A DNA stretch of 64,000 nt, from positions 194,631-258,630 of the forward strand of contig CALKBX010000001.1 of NCBI GenBank assembly GCA_937775205.1, given 5' to 3'. The translations under genes and the position numbers were made by a program. This document shows positions 1 to 10,084 of the stretch, in pieces. The notes beneath the pieces are model-generated. The model did no database searches. It was not told the DNA's origin and worked only from the letters and a program-made list of their open reading frames with translations. This DNA is from an uncultured Verrucomicrobiae bacterium (GTDB lineage: Bacteria; Verrucomicrobiota; Verrucomicrobiia; Limisphaerales; UBA1100). The number at the start of each line of letters is the position of its first letter. Position 1 is the first letter of the stretch.

Positions 1-1705
1 CGATCGTTTTTGGCGAAGGCACCACGCCATTGGCGTCCAGCGAAGCACGCCGGAGAAAAGCCCAATCATCCGTCAACGCGGTGGGACGACGTCCCGCTAC
101 GTTTAATCGGGCGTTGATGAAATAGTCGATGGCATTGTTTGCGGGATAGCCCGGGGCACGAGTTGGCATTTGCACTGATTGCTTTTGAGCCGCCAATTCA
201 CGCGTGCGTTGGTGGCGTTTTTTCCATTTGCCCGATTCCTTGATTCCAATCGCGGCACGCGCGGCTTGATTAAACACACGAATCGATTCCTGTGATTTCT
301 CGGCGTAATCAACCCAGTTTCCATCGGTCAACGCGATGTTGTGTGTCGGCGACAGCAGTTTAAAAGGCGCGCCGTCGACTGAAATGCTGACGGATAAATC
401 ACCCGTTTCAGGTCGCTTACCTTTGCCGCCGACGAAGGCTTCCAGTAGGAAAAAGTGCTGATTACCCAATGATTCGAATTCCACAACGACCTCCTGCATG
501 CCCGGCCGCAGAAAACGCGTGCGCCCTCCGTGATCTTTCGGAGCGGTGGAAACTTTGCCGTGAGCGCTGGTGCTACCGTAACCGGTTTTTAATTGTGCGA
601 TGTTTTTCCCATCCACAAACAATCGCGAACGTGTCCGCGAGCGGAGCAGAATTCGATGTTTACCTTTCGGCACATCCACTCTTGAGACCGCACGCAACAG
701 CAGCGAATCCGACCACTGAACAATGAGCGCCTTGGAATTGTATTTGCTCGGTATAAAGGGGATCGCGAACGACGATTGCCCGAACATCGCCTGCGCGTCG
801 GTAGCCGCGTAATCCCAATCGCTGCCAACATTTTCGTGGATTGTGATGGCTACTTTGTCAGTCGGCACGTCTTCCCTCTTGAGCACGAACTCGCGCCCTG
901 CACTGTTGAAGCGGCTCGCGATGCGTTGCGGCGAAAGCGCCTGTCGATAAATCGCAACCTCATCGAGCCGCCCCACAAATGGAATTCCCGCTGGCCCCTG
1001 CGCTGACGCACCGATTCTCAGCTCGTCGTCATCCACGAACGGTGCGAGATTCGTCTGGCCGCCCATGTCCCACGTGCCTGTGGTTGGCTTACCGTCGAGG
1101 TAACCGCGAATGCTGTCGCCCTTGCCGAAGGAATAGGTCACCGCAATGTGATGCCAGTCACCGCGATCGCTCAGTGTGTCAGCCGAAGTCCATCGATGCC
1201 ACGAACTCTCGCCCGAATTTGTTACGTCTCGAAATAAGAACGAAAGCCCGGTGCCGCCCTTCACACCCACCAGCCGTAGCGCGTAGTTTTGATTGTTAGT
1301 CGCAAAGCCTTTCTGACCCGTGCGCCCCTTGCCGATGACGTACATCATCCGCCCGCCCGCCAGCGCATCCGGGGATACCCACGCCTCCAGCGTAATTGAA
1401 TCGCCCTTTGTGAAATCCAACGCGCTTTCTTTACCCGGATCAATCACCCGCACAAAGCCACCATCCGCCGTCAGTTGCAGTGCTCGGTTGTCTCCGGAGA
1501 AATCAGGATAAAAAATCGGGCGCGGCCCTGAGGGATGTTGAGCCGACAGCGTTGCATTTAATTTTCCGGCCGAAGATTTCACCGGCAAATCGACTACCTC
1601 TCCGAAACGCCAATACGCCGCTGGCTTGTCCGCCAGTATTTTTTCGGAGTAGGAATCCGCCGCCGCAACGAGCGGAAACAACGCTATGATAAATACCCAT
1701 TTCAT
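1..1705 (-). CDS. Secreted LamG-like + DUF1549 (PSD1-family) protein; C-terminal part lies beyond the left window edge
   Basis: Absent from the ORF track because there is no stop inside the window. Hand translation of the minus strand from ATG 1705-1703 gives MKWVFIIALFPLVAAADSYSEKILADKPAAYW (signal peptide). This is followed by a LamG-like block (GDWHHIAVTYSFGKGDSIRGYLDGKP...GRLDEVAIYRQALS), then NNAIDYFINARLNVAGRRPTALTDDWAFLRRASLD (DUF1549-type signature), still open at position 1. Confidence 0.75.
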   Translation of the reverse strand, partial: MKWVFIIALFPLVAAADSYSEKILADKPAAYWRFGEVVDLPVKSSAGKLNATLSAQHPSGPRPIFYPDFSGDNRALQLTADGGFVRVIDPGKESALDFTKGDSITLEAWVSPDALAGGRMMYVIGKGRTGQKGFATNNQNYALRLVGVKGGTGLSFLFRDVTNSGESSWHRWTSADTLSDRGDWHHIAVTYSFGKGDSIRGYLDGKPTTGTWDMGGQTNLAPFVDDDELRIGASAQGPAGIPFVGRLDEVAIYRQALSPQRIASRFNSAGREFVLKREDVPTDKVAITIHENVGSDWDYAATDAQAMFGQSSFAIPFIPSKYNSKALIVQWSDSLLLRAVSRVDVPKGKHRILLRSRTRSRLFVDGKNIAQLKTGYGSTSAHGKVSTAPKDHGGRTRFLRPGMQEVVVEFESLGNQHFFLLEAFVGGKGKRPETGDLSVSISVDGAPFKLLSPTHNIALTDGNWVDYAEKSQESIRVFNQAARAAIGIKESGKWKKRHQRTRELAAQKQSVQMPTRAPGYPANNAIDYFINARLNVAGRRPTALTDDWAFLRRASLDANGVVPSPKTI

Positions 1706-1775
1706 CCGCCAGCAGTGTCGGAGTTTATGACAATAATCCAAGGCTGAACGTTCCGCTGGTAAATGACGGGAGTGT

Positions 1776-2768
1776 TTATGCCTTGTCACGAATGTGGAGC
1801 CAAGTGTGCACGTGCGGTTTGCCGCGAAAATACCAGAGCATCGCCGGACCTTCGACTTGCCAAACATCCCACACTTCGTCCTTGCCAATATTTTCATTTT
1901 TGTAAAAAGCGATGTGCAGATTATCGAACCCGTTTTTCTCAATAAGCTTGATTGACTCCGCCGCATCCTTTTCGCGGAATGGCGCGAGCATATCTTTCAT
2001 CACCGAGCGCATGAGGCCCTGTTGATCCTTGCTCATGTCGGCGGTGCGCAGGCCGGGGAGGCCTTCTTTTTTGCCGGTGAGTTTCACCGTGCTGGTGCCC
2101 TTTTCGCCACGCGATTTGCCGAGCAACGATGCCTTGCGCTGCTTTCCGTCCAGCGCCTGAAAAAGTTCATTCGGCCGCTTGGCTTGGAACCAATAAGCGT
2201 TACCTTTGTGGTCAGCCTTTTCATTGAAGCCATCGGCGGCGTGCCCGTAAAAAATTGGGCCGCCGAATGCCGTGCCGTCGAGCGAGTCGCCATCGCAACG
2301 CCGCGTGACGTGCCGGCCGGTGAAGACTAATTCAAACTTGCCCGTGCCCGGTTTGCCAAAAATCGCGATCGCGCTGTCATCAAATCCGCCCGGCGAATCT
2401 TCCACCACTTGATCATAAACCGCCTTGCGATATTCGTCGCTGTGAAGGCCGTTGAAGATTTGTTTCACCAAATCAATTTGATCGTCTTCCATATCACCGA
2501 CTGCGAGTTTCTTTTGGATGTGCCAATTATTCTCCACGCGATTGCGCAGCGGATGATCCCACGCGAAACAAATCGACTTGCGCTGTTTTTCACTGAGCGT
2601 TTTGTAAAGTTGAGTGGTCAACGTCTCCGGCGCGGAAGGGTTTTGGGCCAATGCATGGGCCATCGGAGCCGTGGCAGCCAAGGCCATACCGGCACCGGCG
2701 GCTTGCAGGAATTCGCGCCGTGAAGTTTCACAACAATCGAGAGCGTCTATGTGTGGGGTTGTTTTCAT
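1776..2768 (-). CDS. TAT-signal exported protein, DUF3500-like (tentative family call)
   Basis: 330-aa ORF with ATG start. N-terminus SRREFLQAAGAGMALAATAPMAHA is a twin-arginine signal. The blocks IAIFGKPGTGKFELVFTGRHVT and GPAMLWYFRGKPHVHTWLHI resemble DUF3500 proteins from memory. Confidence 0.6.
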   Translation of the reverse strand: MKTTPHIDALDCCETSRREFLQAAGAGMALAATAPMAHALAQNPSAPETLTTQLYKTLSEKQRKSICFAWDHPLRNRVENNWHIQKKLAVGDMEDDQIDLVKQIFNGLHSDEYRKAVYDQVVEDSPGGFDDSAIAIFGKPGTGKFELVFTGRHVTRRCDGDSLDGTAFGGPIFYGHAADGFNEKADHKGNAYWFQAKRPNELFQALDGKQRKASLLGKSRGEKGTSTVKLTGKKEGLPGLRTADMSKDQQGLMRSVMKDMLAPFREKDAAESIKLIEKNGFDNLHIAFYKNENIGKDEVWDVWQVEGPAMLWYFRGKPHVHTWLHIRDKA

Positions 2769-2804
2769 GATCTTTTGAATGAGTTTGTTCAGGGGATTTG
2801 AGTA

Positions 2805-5735
2805 TTACTTGCGACGTGCGGGAATGATTTCTAATTCGACTTTTTTCTTGGCGCGAAGAACGGTAATTTTGGTTGCCTTGCCAACCTTGATCGCGCCGAG
2901 GACGGCGGTGTAGTCGTAGATATTTTTAATCACTTTGCCATCGAACTTTATGACGATGTCTCCACCTTTGATCCCGGCTTTGGCAGCGGGACCTCCGGCG
3001 CCGACGTCGGTAATGAGCAGGCCTTCCACATCAGAGGAGTAGTCCGGAATAACGCCGGTGTAGGCGCTCATATTTCCGCGAGCGGGGGCGGCACCGCGTT
3101 TCACTTTGATGTAGTCGGGGCGTTTCATATCACCGGCAAGATCGAGCAGCAGGCGACCGGTGAATTGCGCGATGCGTTCCATGCCTTCGTAATTGAGCGT
3201 GGCGGGGTCGTCGGTGGGTTTGTGGTAATCCTTGTGAAGGCCAGTGAAGATAGCGAGGGAGGGAACGCCTTTGGGATCGATGGATCCGTTGTCGGTGTTT
3301 CGTGGCGGAGCATTTTCCAGCTTGAGGCCGAAGCCGGCGGAAACGTTTCGTTTCTCGATGAGTTTTTTCCAAACACTGGAGGTGCCTAATCCTTGGACGA
3401 TGAGTTTGTTGTTTTTCAAGCGACCTACCATATCAAGATTGACGTATGCGGAAACCTGCTTGAATGGGATGAGCGGATTCTTGGCGTACTGCGCGGAGCC
3501 GATCAGGCCAAGCTCTTCGCCGGTCCACCAACAAAAGAGAATGCCACGCTTGAATTTTTCCGGATGTTTTTTACGTTCCTCCGCGAGCCACGCGGCCAAT
3601 TCAAGCAGCGTGACCGTGCCGGAACCATTGTCGTCTGCGCCATTATGAATGCGGCCGGGGTTGCCGCCTTTGGGGTTGATGGAGCCGTCGTTGTAGCCGA
3701 GGTGATCGTAGTGCGCACCGATCATCACGTACTCGGGGTTATCGGTTTCCACTCCGGGCGGCAGGATGGCAATGATGTTTTTGTCGTGCCGTTGAACTTG
3801 TTTGAGGGCGCTGGTGACGCGGATTTTTACGCCGGGCAATTCAAACCCAAACGGCGCGTGCGGATTTTCCTTGTCGAGTGCGGTTTGGATTTTTTTGAGG
3901 CCGCCCTTCTTCGAGGCTGCGAGGAGTGCATCGGCGAGTTTGTGGCTGCCGGAAATCGCGACCACACCGCTACTGGCGGAGCGGCGAATGTAGTTCACTG
4001 GGATCAGCTTGCCGGCGTTGTCAGAATTGGGGCCGGCGACAATGATCACACCTTTCGCACCGTGCTTTCGCGCGAGGGTGGCTTTGCGTTGGAGCGCGGC
4101 ACTGCTCATCAGTTTTCGCCGCCGTTCAGGCTTTACGTCTTCCGGAACATAACGCAGCACAAGCACCATCTTGTTGGTGCAATTAAGACCGGCGTAGGAA
4201 TCGTATCCAACGCCCGGCTTGCCCGCGACGCCGAGCCCGTAACCCGCAAAAACGACTTCCGATTCGACGGTGTTGTTCACGGAAAACGCCATCGGATTAA
4301 AATCTTTACCAAGCTCAAACTTGGTCTCTTTGCCGTCCTTGCCTGTGATGACGAGCTCGTTTTTGCCTTTAATAATATCGACGCCGTATTTGAATGACAT
4401 CGGGTGCGTGTAAGTGCCCTTTGCATCGGCAGACTTGAGGCCAAGCGTTTTCAGGCGGCCGATAATGTATTCGCGAGCTTTGCGAATTCCCTCTGAACTG
4501 GTGTCGCGGCCTTCAAATGCATCGGAGGCAATGATTGCGATTTGATTTTTGATGTCCGCCTCTGAAATGGCTGACTCCAACGCGATGGCTTTTCCATCAC
4601 CGCACGCTTCAATGAAATCGCATCCATCCAGTTCAGCGGTAGCGACCCGTTTGGGCGCTTTGCCCAGCGCGGCCAGCGCGGCGGCGTGGTTCCAGCGGGC
4701 GATGAAGAGTTGCGACATTTTGTCCGCCGTTCGATTGGAGGTCCACATGAGCTGCTTGCCGTTGGGGGAGAATACCGGCAGCCCATCAAAGCCGTCGGTA
4801 TGGGTCACACGCACCGGCTTGCGGGTTCCGGCAGCATCCACCAAGTACACTTCAAAATTGGCAAAGCCCAATTTGTTGCTGGCGAAAACCACATACTCGC
4901 CACTGGGATGATAAAAGGGTGCCCACGACATCGCCATGAAATTGGTGAGCCGCCGCACGTCCGTGCCATCGGTTTTCATTGTAAAAATATCGGCGGTGTC
5001 ACCTTTTTCAGTGAAGTGCCGCCAAATGATGCGTTTGCCGTCGGGCGAAAAAAACGGGCCACCATCGTAACCCTTCATATGAGTGAGGCGTTTCTGGCCG
5101 GAGCCATCAGCATTCATGATATAAATTTCGCCAAAATAAGAGATGTCGACTTTGAGGCGCGCCTGCTCTTTGGGTGTGAGTTTAACTTTGCCGTAGGCGT
5201 TGCGGATAGAACAGAACACAATCTGTTTTCCGTCCGGCGAATAGGCGCCTTCCGCATCGTAGCCGTGTGCGGTGGTGAGGCGCTTAGGAGCGGTGCCGTC
5301 GCGCTTGAAAGAAAAGATGTCCATTTGTTCATCGTAATCCCACGAGTACCGGCGCGTTTTGCCGGAGGCGCGAAAGTCCAATTCCGTTTTTTGCTTGGCC
5401 TTCGCCTCGGGGTCCACATGCGAACTTGCAAAGAGAACCTCATTGCAATTCGGGCGAAAAAACGCGCAGGTGGTCTTGCCATGACCGGGCGACACGCGGG
5501 CCACGTCGCCGCTTTGCATATCCATCGTATAAATCTGGTAAAACGGATTATGCTTTTCGCGTTCGCTTTGGAAAATGATGTGTTTGCCATCAGGCGAAAA
5601 ATAGCCTTCGCCACCGCGCCGGCCCTCTAGGGTGAGCTGGCGCACGCGCGATAAGAATTGTGCTTCTCCATTGGCTACGTCTGCGGCCGGAAGATTGCCG
5701 CTCAGGAGGGCTAGAATCAGGATTGTTTTTTTCAT
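2805..5735 (-). CDS. Secreted multidomain peptidase: TolB/PD40-like beta-propeller + PA/M28 aminopeptidase + C-terminal PDZ
   Basis: ORF 2805..5876 trimmed to ATG at 5735 (MKKTILILALLSGNLPAADV signal peptide). Repeated SPDGK motifs indicate PD40 repeats. M28 zinc-site motifs are GAHYDHLGY and GADDNGSGTVTLLELA. The PDZ-like tail is GLLITDVGAGGPAAKAGIKGGDIVIKFDG. Confidence 0.85.
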   Translation of the reverse strand: MKKTILILALLSGNLPAADVANGEAQFLSRVRQLTLEGRRGGEGYFSPDGKHIIFQSEREKHNPFYQIYTMDMQSGDVARVSPGHGKTTCAFFRPNCNEVLFASSHVDPEAKAKQKTELDFRASGKTRRYSWDYDEQMDIFSFKRDGTAPKRLTTAHGYDAEGAYSPDGKQIVFCSIRNAYGKVKLTPKEQARLKVDISYFGEIYIMNADGSGQKRLTHMKGYDGGPFFSPDGKRIIWRHFTEKGDTADIFTMKTDGTDVRRLTNFMAMSWAPFYHPSGEYVVFASNKLGFANFEVYLVDAAGTRKPVRVTHTDGFDGLPVFSPNGKQLMWTSNRTADKMSQLFIARWNHAAALAALGKAPKRVATAELDGCDFIEACGDGKAIALESAISEADIKNQIAIIASDAFEGRDTSSEGIRKAREYIIGRLKTLGLKSADAKGTYTHPMSFKYGVDIIKGKNELVITGKDGKETKFELGKDFNPMAFSVNNTVESEVVFAGYGLGVAGKPGVGYDSYAGLNCTNKMVLVLRYVPEDVKPERRRKLMSSAALQRKATLARKHGAKGVIIVAGPNSDNAGKLIPVNYIRRSASSGVVAISGSHKLADALLAASKKGGLKKIQTALDKENPHAPFGFELPGVKIRVTSALKQVQRHDKNIIAILPPGVETDNPEYVMIGAHYDHLGYNDGSINPKGGNPGRIHNGADDNGSGTVTLLELAAWLAEERKKHPEKFKRGILFCWWTGEELGLIGSAQYAKNPLIPFKQVSAYVNLDMVGRLKNNKLIVQGLGTSSVWKKLIEKRNVSAGFGLKLENAPPRNTDNGSIDPKGVPSLAIFTGLHKDYHKPTDDPATLNYEGMERIAQFTGRLLLDLAGDMKRPDYIKVKRGAAPARGNMSAYTGVIPDYSSDVEGLLITDVGAGGPAAKAGIKGGDIVIKFDGKVIKNIYDYTAVLGAIKVGKATKITVLRAKKKVELEIIPARRK

Positions 5736-5790
5736 GGTAAGAACACAAATGGACACATTCGCCCGGAATTTATTCAGGCTTCTCTTTAGA

Positions 5791-6240
5791 TTATTTTTTT
5801 TCAATACGGCTAATTTTACCAAACAAATGGCCGCCGACTTTGCCGTGCTTCCACGTGCCGGCATATTTGTCGCCATCGATGACCACGTGCGCGCTGAAGG
5901 TGCCGAGTCCGGGGATGGAAAGTTTGTCCATCGAAATCACCGGCGTATCGCCCGCCCACTTGATGGGCAACGGCATTGGCAGCGTGATATCCGTTTTGCC
6001 ATATTTCACCCGCGCGCGGAACAGGAACAAATCGCCCTCGCCGATTTTTTTTACGTTGAGGATCGTGTACTCCTCTTTTGCCGGCGCGCCTTCCCGTCCG
6101 TCGATGGTAAACGAACCCGTAAATTTTGTGCCACTGAGCTGTTTCTCCAACGCGGCAAACTTCGCCTTTTTCGGCGCGTCATCGGCCCAACTCCATCCCG
6201 CGCCAATCATCAGCGCCAATATTGCTGCAAATGCTTTCAT
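5791..6240 (-). CDS. Small secreted hypothetical protein
   Basis: 149-aa ORF with signal peptide MKAFAAILALMIGAGWSWA. No recognisable family. It fits the gap left once the peptidase ORF is trimmed to 5735. Confidence 0.55.
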   Translation of the reverse strand: MKAFAAILALMIGAGWSWADDAPKKAKFAALEKQLSGTKFTGSFTIDGREGAPAKEEYTILNVKKIGEGDLFLFRARVKYGKTDITLPMPLPIKWAGDTPVISMDKLSIPGLGTFSAHVVIDGDKYAGTWKHGKVGGHLFGKISRIEKK

Positions 6241-6325
6241 CCGCCCATCATCGGCTCTCCGCGCCGAGGCGCAAGCGCAATCATTGCCACTTGGCAGGAA
6301 TGTCGCCGACCGCTAGAGTTTGGTC

Positions 6326-7537
6326 ATGCACATTCGAACTGTAATTCTCCTTGGCTGCATTCTGGTTTCAAACATTTTGCCCGCTGAAAACTGGCCCCGT
6401 TTTCGAGGTCACAACGGAAACGGAATCTCCGCGGATGCCATTCCGGTCCAATGGAAGGATTCGAATGTGCAATGGAAAACCGCTCTACCCGGCACGGGTC
6501 ATGGGTCTCCAGTGGTTTGGGGTAAAAAGGTTTTCCTGTTGTGTGCCGATCAGAATAGCGCTACCCGCACAGTGGTATGTGTGAACGCTGAAGACGGCGC
6601 AATCCTCTGGAACCACACGCACGCCGCCGGCAAACACAAACACCACAAACAAAACAGCTTCGCCTCCAGCACGCCGGCTGTGGATGGGGAACGGGGCTAC
6701 TTCAGCTGGGGCACCCCTGAACAGCTCACGATCGCAGCCTACACGTTGGCGGGCAAACTGGCTTGGGAAACCAAACTTGGCCCCGTGAAAGGCGGACATG
6801 GTTTTGGCGCATCCCCCATCCTCCACAAAGGCCTTGTTATTTTGAATAATGATCAAGACGGCGAGAGTTCGCTCATCGCCCTCGATGCCCGCACCGGTAA
6901 AGTGAAATGGAACACACCGCGCCAAAGCAAACGCCTTACCTATTCCACGCCGGTCCTATTCCGTGGCCAACTCATTTTCACCAACTGGACACACGGCATC
7001 ACCGGCATCGACCCGGCCAATGGAAAGGTGTTGTGGGAAAACCGCGTGTTCCCCGTTGACTCGAAAGAACGCGCCATTGGCTCACCCATCGTCGCCGGCG
7101 ATCTGGTGATTGGTTCCTGCGGTTTTGTAACCAAACTCAAACACATCGTCGCTCTGCGACCCAAAGGCAAAATGATGGAAGAAGTGTGGCGCATTGAAAA
7201 AAGCGTGCCACATATTCCTACCCCGCTGGTCCTGGGGAAACATATTTTTCTTTGGAACGACCTCGGCGTGGTAACCTGCGCCGAAGCCGCCACCGGTAAA
7301 GTGCGCTGGAGCGAACGCGCCATCCGCAGCGGAAAATTTTTTGGAAGCCCCGTGGCTGCGGATGGGAAAATTTACTGCGCCGAGGCCCGCGGAACCATCG
7401 TGGTTCTTCGGGGAGACGGTGTGTTTGAGCAATTAGCCCAAAATGACCTCGGTGAACGGTGCCACTCCACACCCGCCATCGCGAATGGAGCGATGTATAT
7501 CCGAACTTACCAATCCCTCTTCTCGATCAGTAAATAA
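6326..7537 (+). CDS. PQQ-like (BamB-type) beta-propeller repeat protein, secreted
   Basis: ORF 6320..7537; ATG at 6326 gives MHIRTVILLGCILVSNILPAENWPRFRGHNGNG, which is a typical N-terminus of PQQ-like propeller proteins. W/G-rich blades repeat through the protein. Confidence 0.75.
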   Translation: MHIRTVILLGCILVSNILPAENWPRFRGHNGNGISADAIPVQWKDSNVQWKTALPGTGHGSPVVWGKKVFLLCADQNSATRTVVCVNAEDGAILWNHTHAAGKHKHHKQNSFASSTPAVDGERGYFSWGTPEQLTIAAYTLAGKLAWETKLGPVKGGHGFGASPILHKGLVILNNDQDGESSLIALDARTGKVKWNTPRQSKRLTYSTPVLFRGQLIFTNWTHGITGIDPANGKVLWENRVFPVDSKERAIGSPIVAGDLVIGSCGFVTKLKHIVALRPKGKMMEEVWRIEKSVPHIPTPLVLGKHIFLWNDLGVVTCAEAATGKVRWSERAIRSGKFFGSPVAADGKIYCAEARGTIVVLRGDGVFEQLAQNDLGERCHSTPAIANGAMYIRTYQSLFSISK

Positions 7538-7539
7538 CC

Positions 7540-8439
7540 ATGCAAACTCGCCGCAAATTTCTGCAATCCGCCCCAGCCCTCGCTGCACTCCCATTATTAG
7601 CGAAAGGCGAAAAGAAACCCAAAGACGAGGGCCTCACTTTGGGCTTTAGCCTGTACGGGATGAAAACGCTAAAGACCGGCGATGCGCTCATGCGGCTCAA
7701 TGCGATTGGGTACGATTCAGTGGAGTTTTGCCTCAACCCCGGCTGGGATGCCGCGCCCGACAAGCTGCCCGCGCAACGTCGCCGCGCATTACGGGCATTG
7801 CTCGGGCATTTTGAGCTGGCGCTCACGGCCTTAATGGTGAATTGCAGCCTCGCGGGCGATCAAAAGCCGCATCACGAAAAACTCAAACAAGCCACGCAAG
7901 TGGCGCACGACCTCGCGCCCGATGCCCCGCCGCTCATCGAAACGGTGATGGGTAACGGCAAATGGGATGCGGTGAAAAATCAGTTTCGCGATCACCTTGG
8001 CGCCTGGGCGGAAATTGCTGAAAAATCCAAGACGCTACTTTGCGTAAAACCCCATCGCTTTGGCGCGTGCAATTTGCCCGAGCACGCTGTGTGGCTCGTC
8101 GAGCAAATCAAAAGCCCGTCAGTTAAGCTCGCCTACGATTACAGCCACTTCGCACATCGTGATTTGTCACTGGAAAAAACCATCCAACTCATGATGCCGC
8201 ACACACGCTTCATCCATGTGAAAGATACGGTGCTCAAGGATGGCAAACCCCGCTTCGTGCTCCCCGGCGAAAGCGGCCAAATCGATTATCGTAAACTCCT
8301 CCGCCTCGCCCACAAGGCCGGCTATCGCGGCGACATCAACGTGGAAGTCAGCGGTCAGGTCTGGGGACAACCGAATTACAACCCCATCACCGCTGCCCTA
8401 AAAAGCTACCGCCACTTGGCCCCAGCATTTGATCAGTAA
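7540..8439 (+). CDS. TAT-signal sugar phosphate isomerase/epimerase (xylose isomerase-like TIM barrel)
   Basis: MQTRRKFLQSAPALAALPLLAKG is a TAT signal. TIM-barrel motifs are GYDSVEF, FIHVKD and GYRGDINVEV. The start lies 3 nt after the stop of the upstream gene. Confidence 0.75.
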   Translation: MQTRRKFLQSAPALAALPLLAKGEKKPKDEGLTLGFSLYGMKTLKTGDALMRLNAIGYDSVEFCLNPGWDAAPDKLPAQRRRALRALLGHFELALTALMVNCSLAGDQKPHHEKLKQATQVAHDLAPDAPPLIETVMGNGKWDAVKNQFRDHLGAWAEIAEKSKTLLCVKPHRFGACNLPEHAVWLVEQIKSPSVKLAYDYSHFAHRDLSLEKTIQLMMPHTRFIHVKDTVLKDGKPRFVLPGESGQIDYRKLLRLAHKAGYRGDINVEVSGQVWGQPNYNPITAALKSYRHLAPAFDQ

Positions 8440-8442
8440 CTG

Positions 8443-8471
8443 AAAAAACCTCCGCCTAAATGACGGAGGTT
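8443..8471. terminator. Bidirectional rho-independent terminator between the isomerase gene and tRNA-Ala
   Basis: Stem AACCTCCG (8447-8454) pairs with CGGAGGTT (8464-8471) around a 9-nt loop. An A6 run lies upstream (T6 on the minus strand, after the tRNA) and TTTAAATT lies downstream on the plus strand. Confidence 0.6.
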
Positions 8472-8479
8472 TAAATTCA

Positions 8480-8555
8480 TGGTGGAGCCGAACAGAATCG
8501 AACTGATGACCCCCTGCATGCCATGCAGGTGCTCTACCAACTGAGCTACGGCCCC
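8480..8555 (-). tRNA. tRNA-Ala (anticodon GGC)
   Basis: The reverse complement folds as a 76-nt cloverleaf: GGGGCCG TA GCTCAGTTGGTAGAGC A CCTGC ATGGCAT GCAGG GGGTC ATCAG TTCGATT CTGTT CGGCTCC ACCA. A G3:U70 Ala identity pair is present and CCA is encoded. Confidence 0.9.
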
Positions 8556-8601
8556 ACGCGAGGGCACGGAGTATGCGGACGGTTCAGGTACGCGTCAAGC
8601 C

Positions 8602-9120
8602 CTACATCCCCAGCGTTTCACGGCCCTCATCGCTGATCATGCTTTGGTTCCACGGCGGATCCCATACGATTTCCACATCGGCGGAGGCAACGCCTTCGAG
8701 GGAGAGAATTTTGCTTTGAGCATCAGCGGCGATCGTCGGCCCCATGCCGCAGCCTTGGGCGGTGAGCGTCATTTTCACATTCACCTCTATGCCGTCGTCG
8801 CCTTTGTCCACAGCGGTGTCGTAAACCAGGCCAAGGTCCACAATGTTCACGGGAATTTCCGGATCATAACATTGCTTCAACATCGCGTGCACGCTTTCAA
8901 CTGTGACGGGGCCGTCGGTGCCGGCAGCGGCGGTTACTTCGCGGCCGAGGGCGTCGGCATCCTGCGCGCCGATCCGGAAGAGGCCCATCCCCGCGCGCAC
9001 GGTGTACGTGCCGCCAAGGGTTTGAGTGATGTCAACTCCGGTGCCTTTGCCGAGCGTGATGGTGTCGCCGCCGGGGATTTGCACGGCCTCGCAGTCGCGC
9101 GTGAGTTCAACCGTTTCCAT
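8602..9120 (-). CDS. sufT: Putative Fe-S cluster assembly protein SufT (N-terminal domain + DUF59/MIP18 domain)
   Basis: 172 aa. LTRDCEAVQIPGGDTITLGKGTGVDITQTLGGTYTV and CYDPEIPVNIVDLGLVYD...MTLTAQGCGMGP...VWDPPWNQSMISDEGRETLGM match the long SufT family pattern as I recall it. Confidence 0.8.
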   Translation of the reverse strand: METVELTRDCEAVQIPGGDTITLGKGTGVDITQTLGGTYTVRAGMGLFRIGAQDADALGREVTAAAGTDGPVTVESVHAMLKQCYDPEIPVNIVDLGLVYDTAVDKGDDGIEVNVKMTLTAQGCGMGPTIAADAQSKILSLEGVASADVEIVWDPPWNQSMISDEGRETLGM

Positions 9121-9175
9121 GCGCGGAAAATATCATAAGCTTTGCGGCGAGTCAATCGTGGGGTAGCCTCACGGC

Positions 9176-10084
9176 TTGGACGTCATTCAACTGCGCAAGG
9201 TGAGTAAATCTTTCGGCACGTTGCGCGCGGTGGACGATCTTTCGCTGGCCGTTCCACGCGGCTGTATTTATGGATTCATCGGCCCCAATGGCTCGGGCAA
9301 AACCACCACATTGCGGATGCTCATGAGCATTCTCCGACCGGACACCGGCGAGGTGGAAATCCTCGGCGAGCGCAATCCGCCCGCGGCCAAAGATTCCGTG
9401 GGCTATCTCCCCGAAGAACGCGGCCTCTACAAAAAAATGAACGTGCGCCGCCTGTTGCGCTATTACGGCAAACTCAAAAATGCCGGCCCGCAATTGGACG
9501 CACGCATCGATGAATGGCTCGACCGTATGGCCCTCACCGATTGGGCGGATAAAATGGTGGAAACACTCTCCAAAGGCATGGCGCAAAAAATACAGTTTCT
9601 TTCCACCATCATCGCCGAGCCGGAAATCATTGTGCTCGATGAACCCTTCTCCGGTCTCGACCCCGTAAACCTCGAGGTGCTACGCGAAGCGGTGCTGACG
9701 CTTCGCAAAAACGGCGCCACCATCATCTTCAGCACCCACGACATGGCCGTAGCCGAACGCATGTGCGACCGCATCTTTATGATTTATAAAGGACGCAAAG
9801 TGCTCGACGGCACACAGGATGAAATCCAGGCCGAGTACGGGCAGGACACCCTTCGCGTGCGCACCACCGCCGGCGCGGAGGCGCTCAAGAGCTTGGACGG
9901 CGTGGATGACGTGCGCGACCACGGCCAACTTCAGGAGTTGCGTTTCACCGGCGACACTCAAAAACTGCTGCACGACTTGCTCGCCCGCACTGAGGTGCAC
10001 CACTTCGAGCAAACCCGCCCTTCCCTGCACGACATTTTTGTGCGCATCGCCAAGCCCGAACCAGATGAGGGGAAAACGCCATGA
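9176..10084 (+). CDS. ABC transporter ATP-binding protein (ABC-2/NatA type)
   Basis: Walker A GPNGSGKTTT, signature LSKGMAQK and Walker B IIVLDEPFSGLD are present. The start is a TTG as given by the ORF track. The stop overlaps the next gene by ATGA. Confidence 0.9.
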   Translation: MDVIQLRKVSKSFGTLRAVDDLSLAVPRGCIYGFIGPNGSGKTTTLRMLMSILRPDTGEVEILGERNPPAAKDSVGYLPEERGLYKKMNVRRLLRYYGKLKNAGPQLDARIDEWLDRMALTDWADKMVETLSKGMAQKIQFLSTIIAEPEIIVLDEPFSGLDPVNLEVLREAVLTLRKNGATIIFSTHDMAVAERMCDRIFMIYKGRKVLDGTQDEIQAEYGQDTLRVRTTAGAEALKSLDGVDDVRDHGQLQELRFTGDTQKLLHDLLARTEVHHFEQTRPSLHDIFVRIAKPEPDEGKTP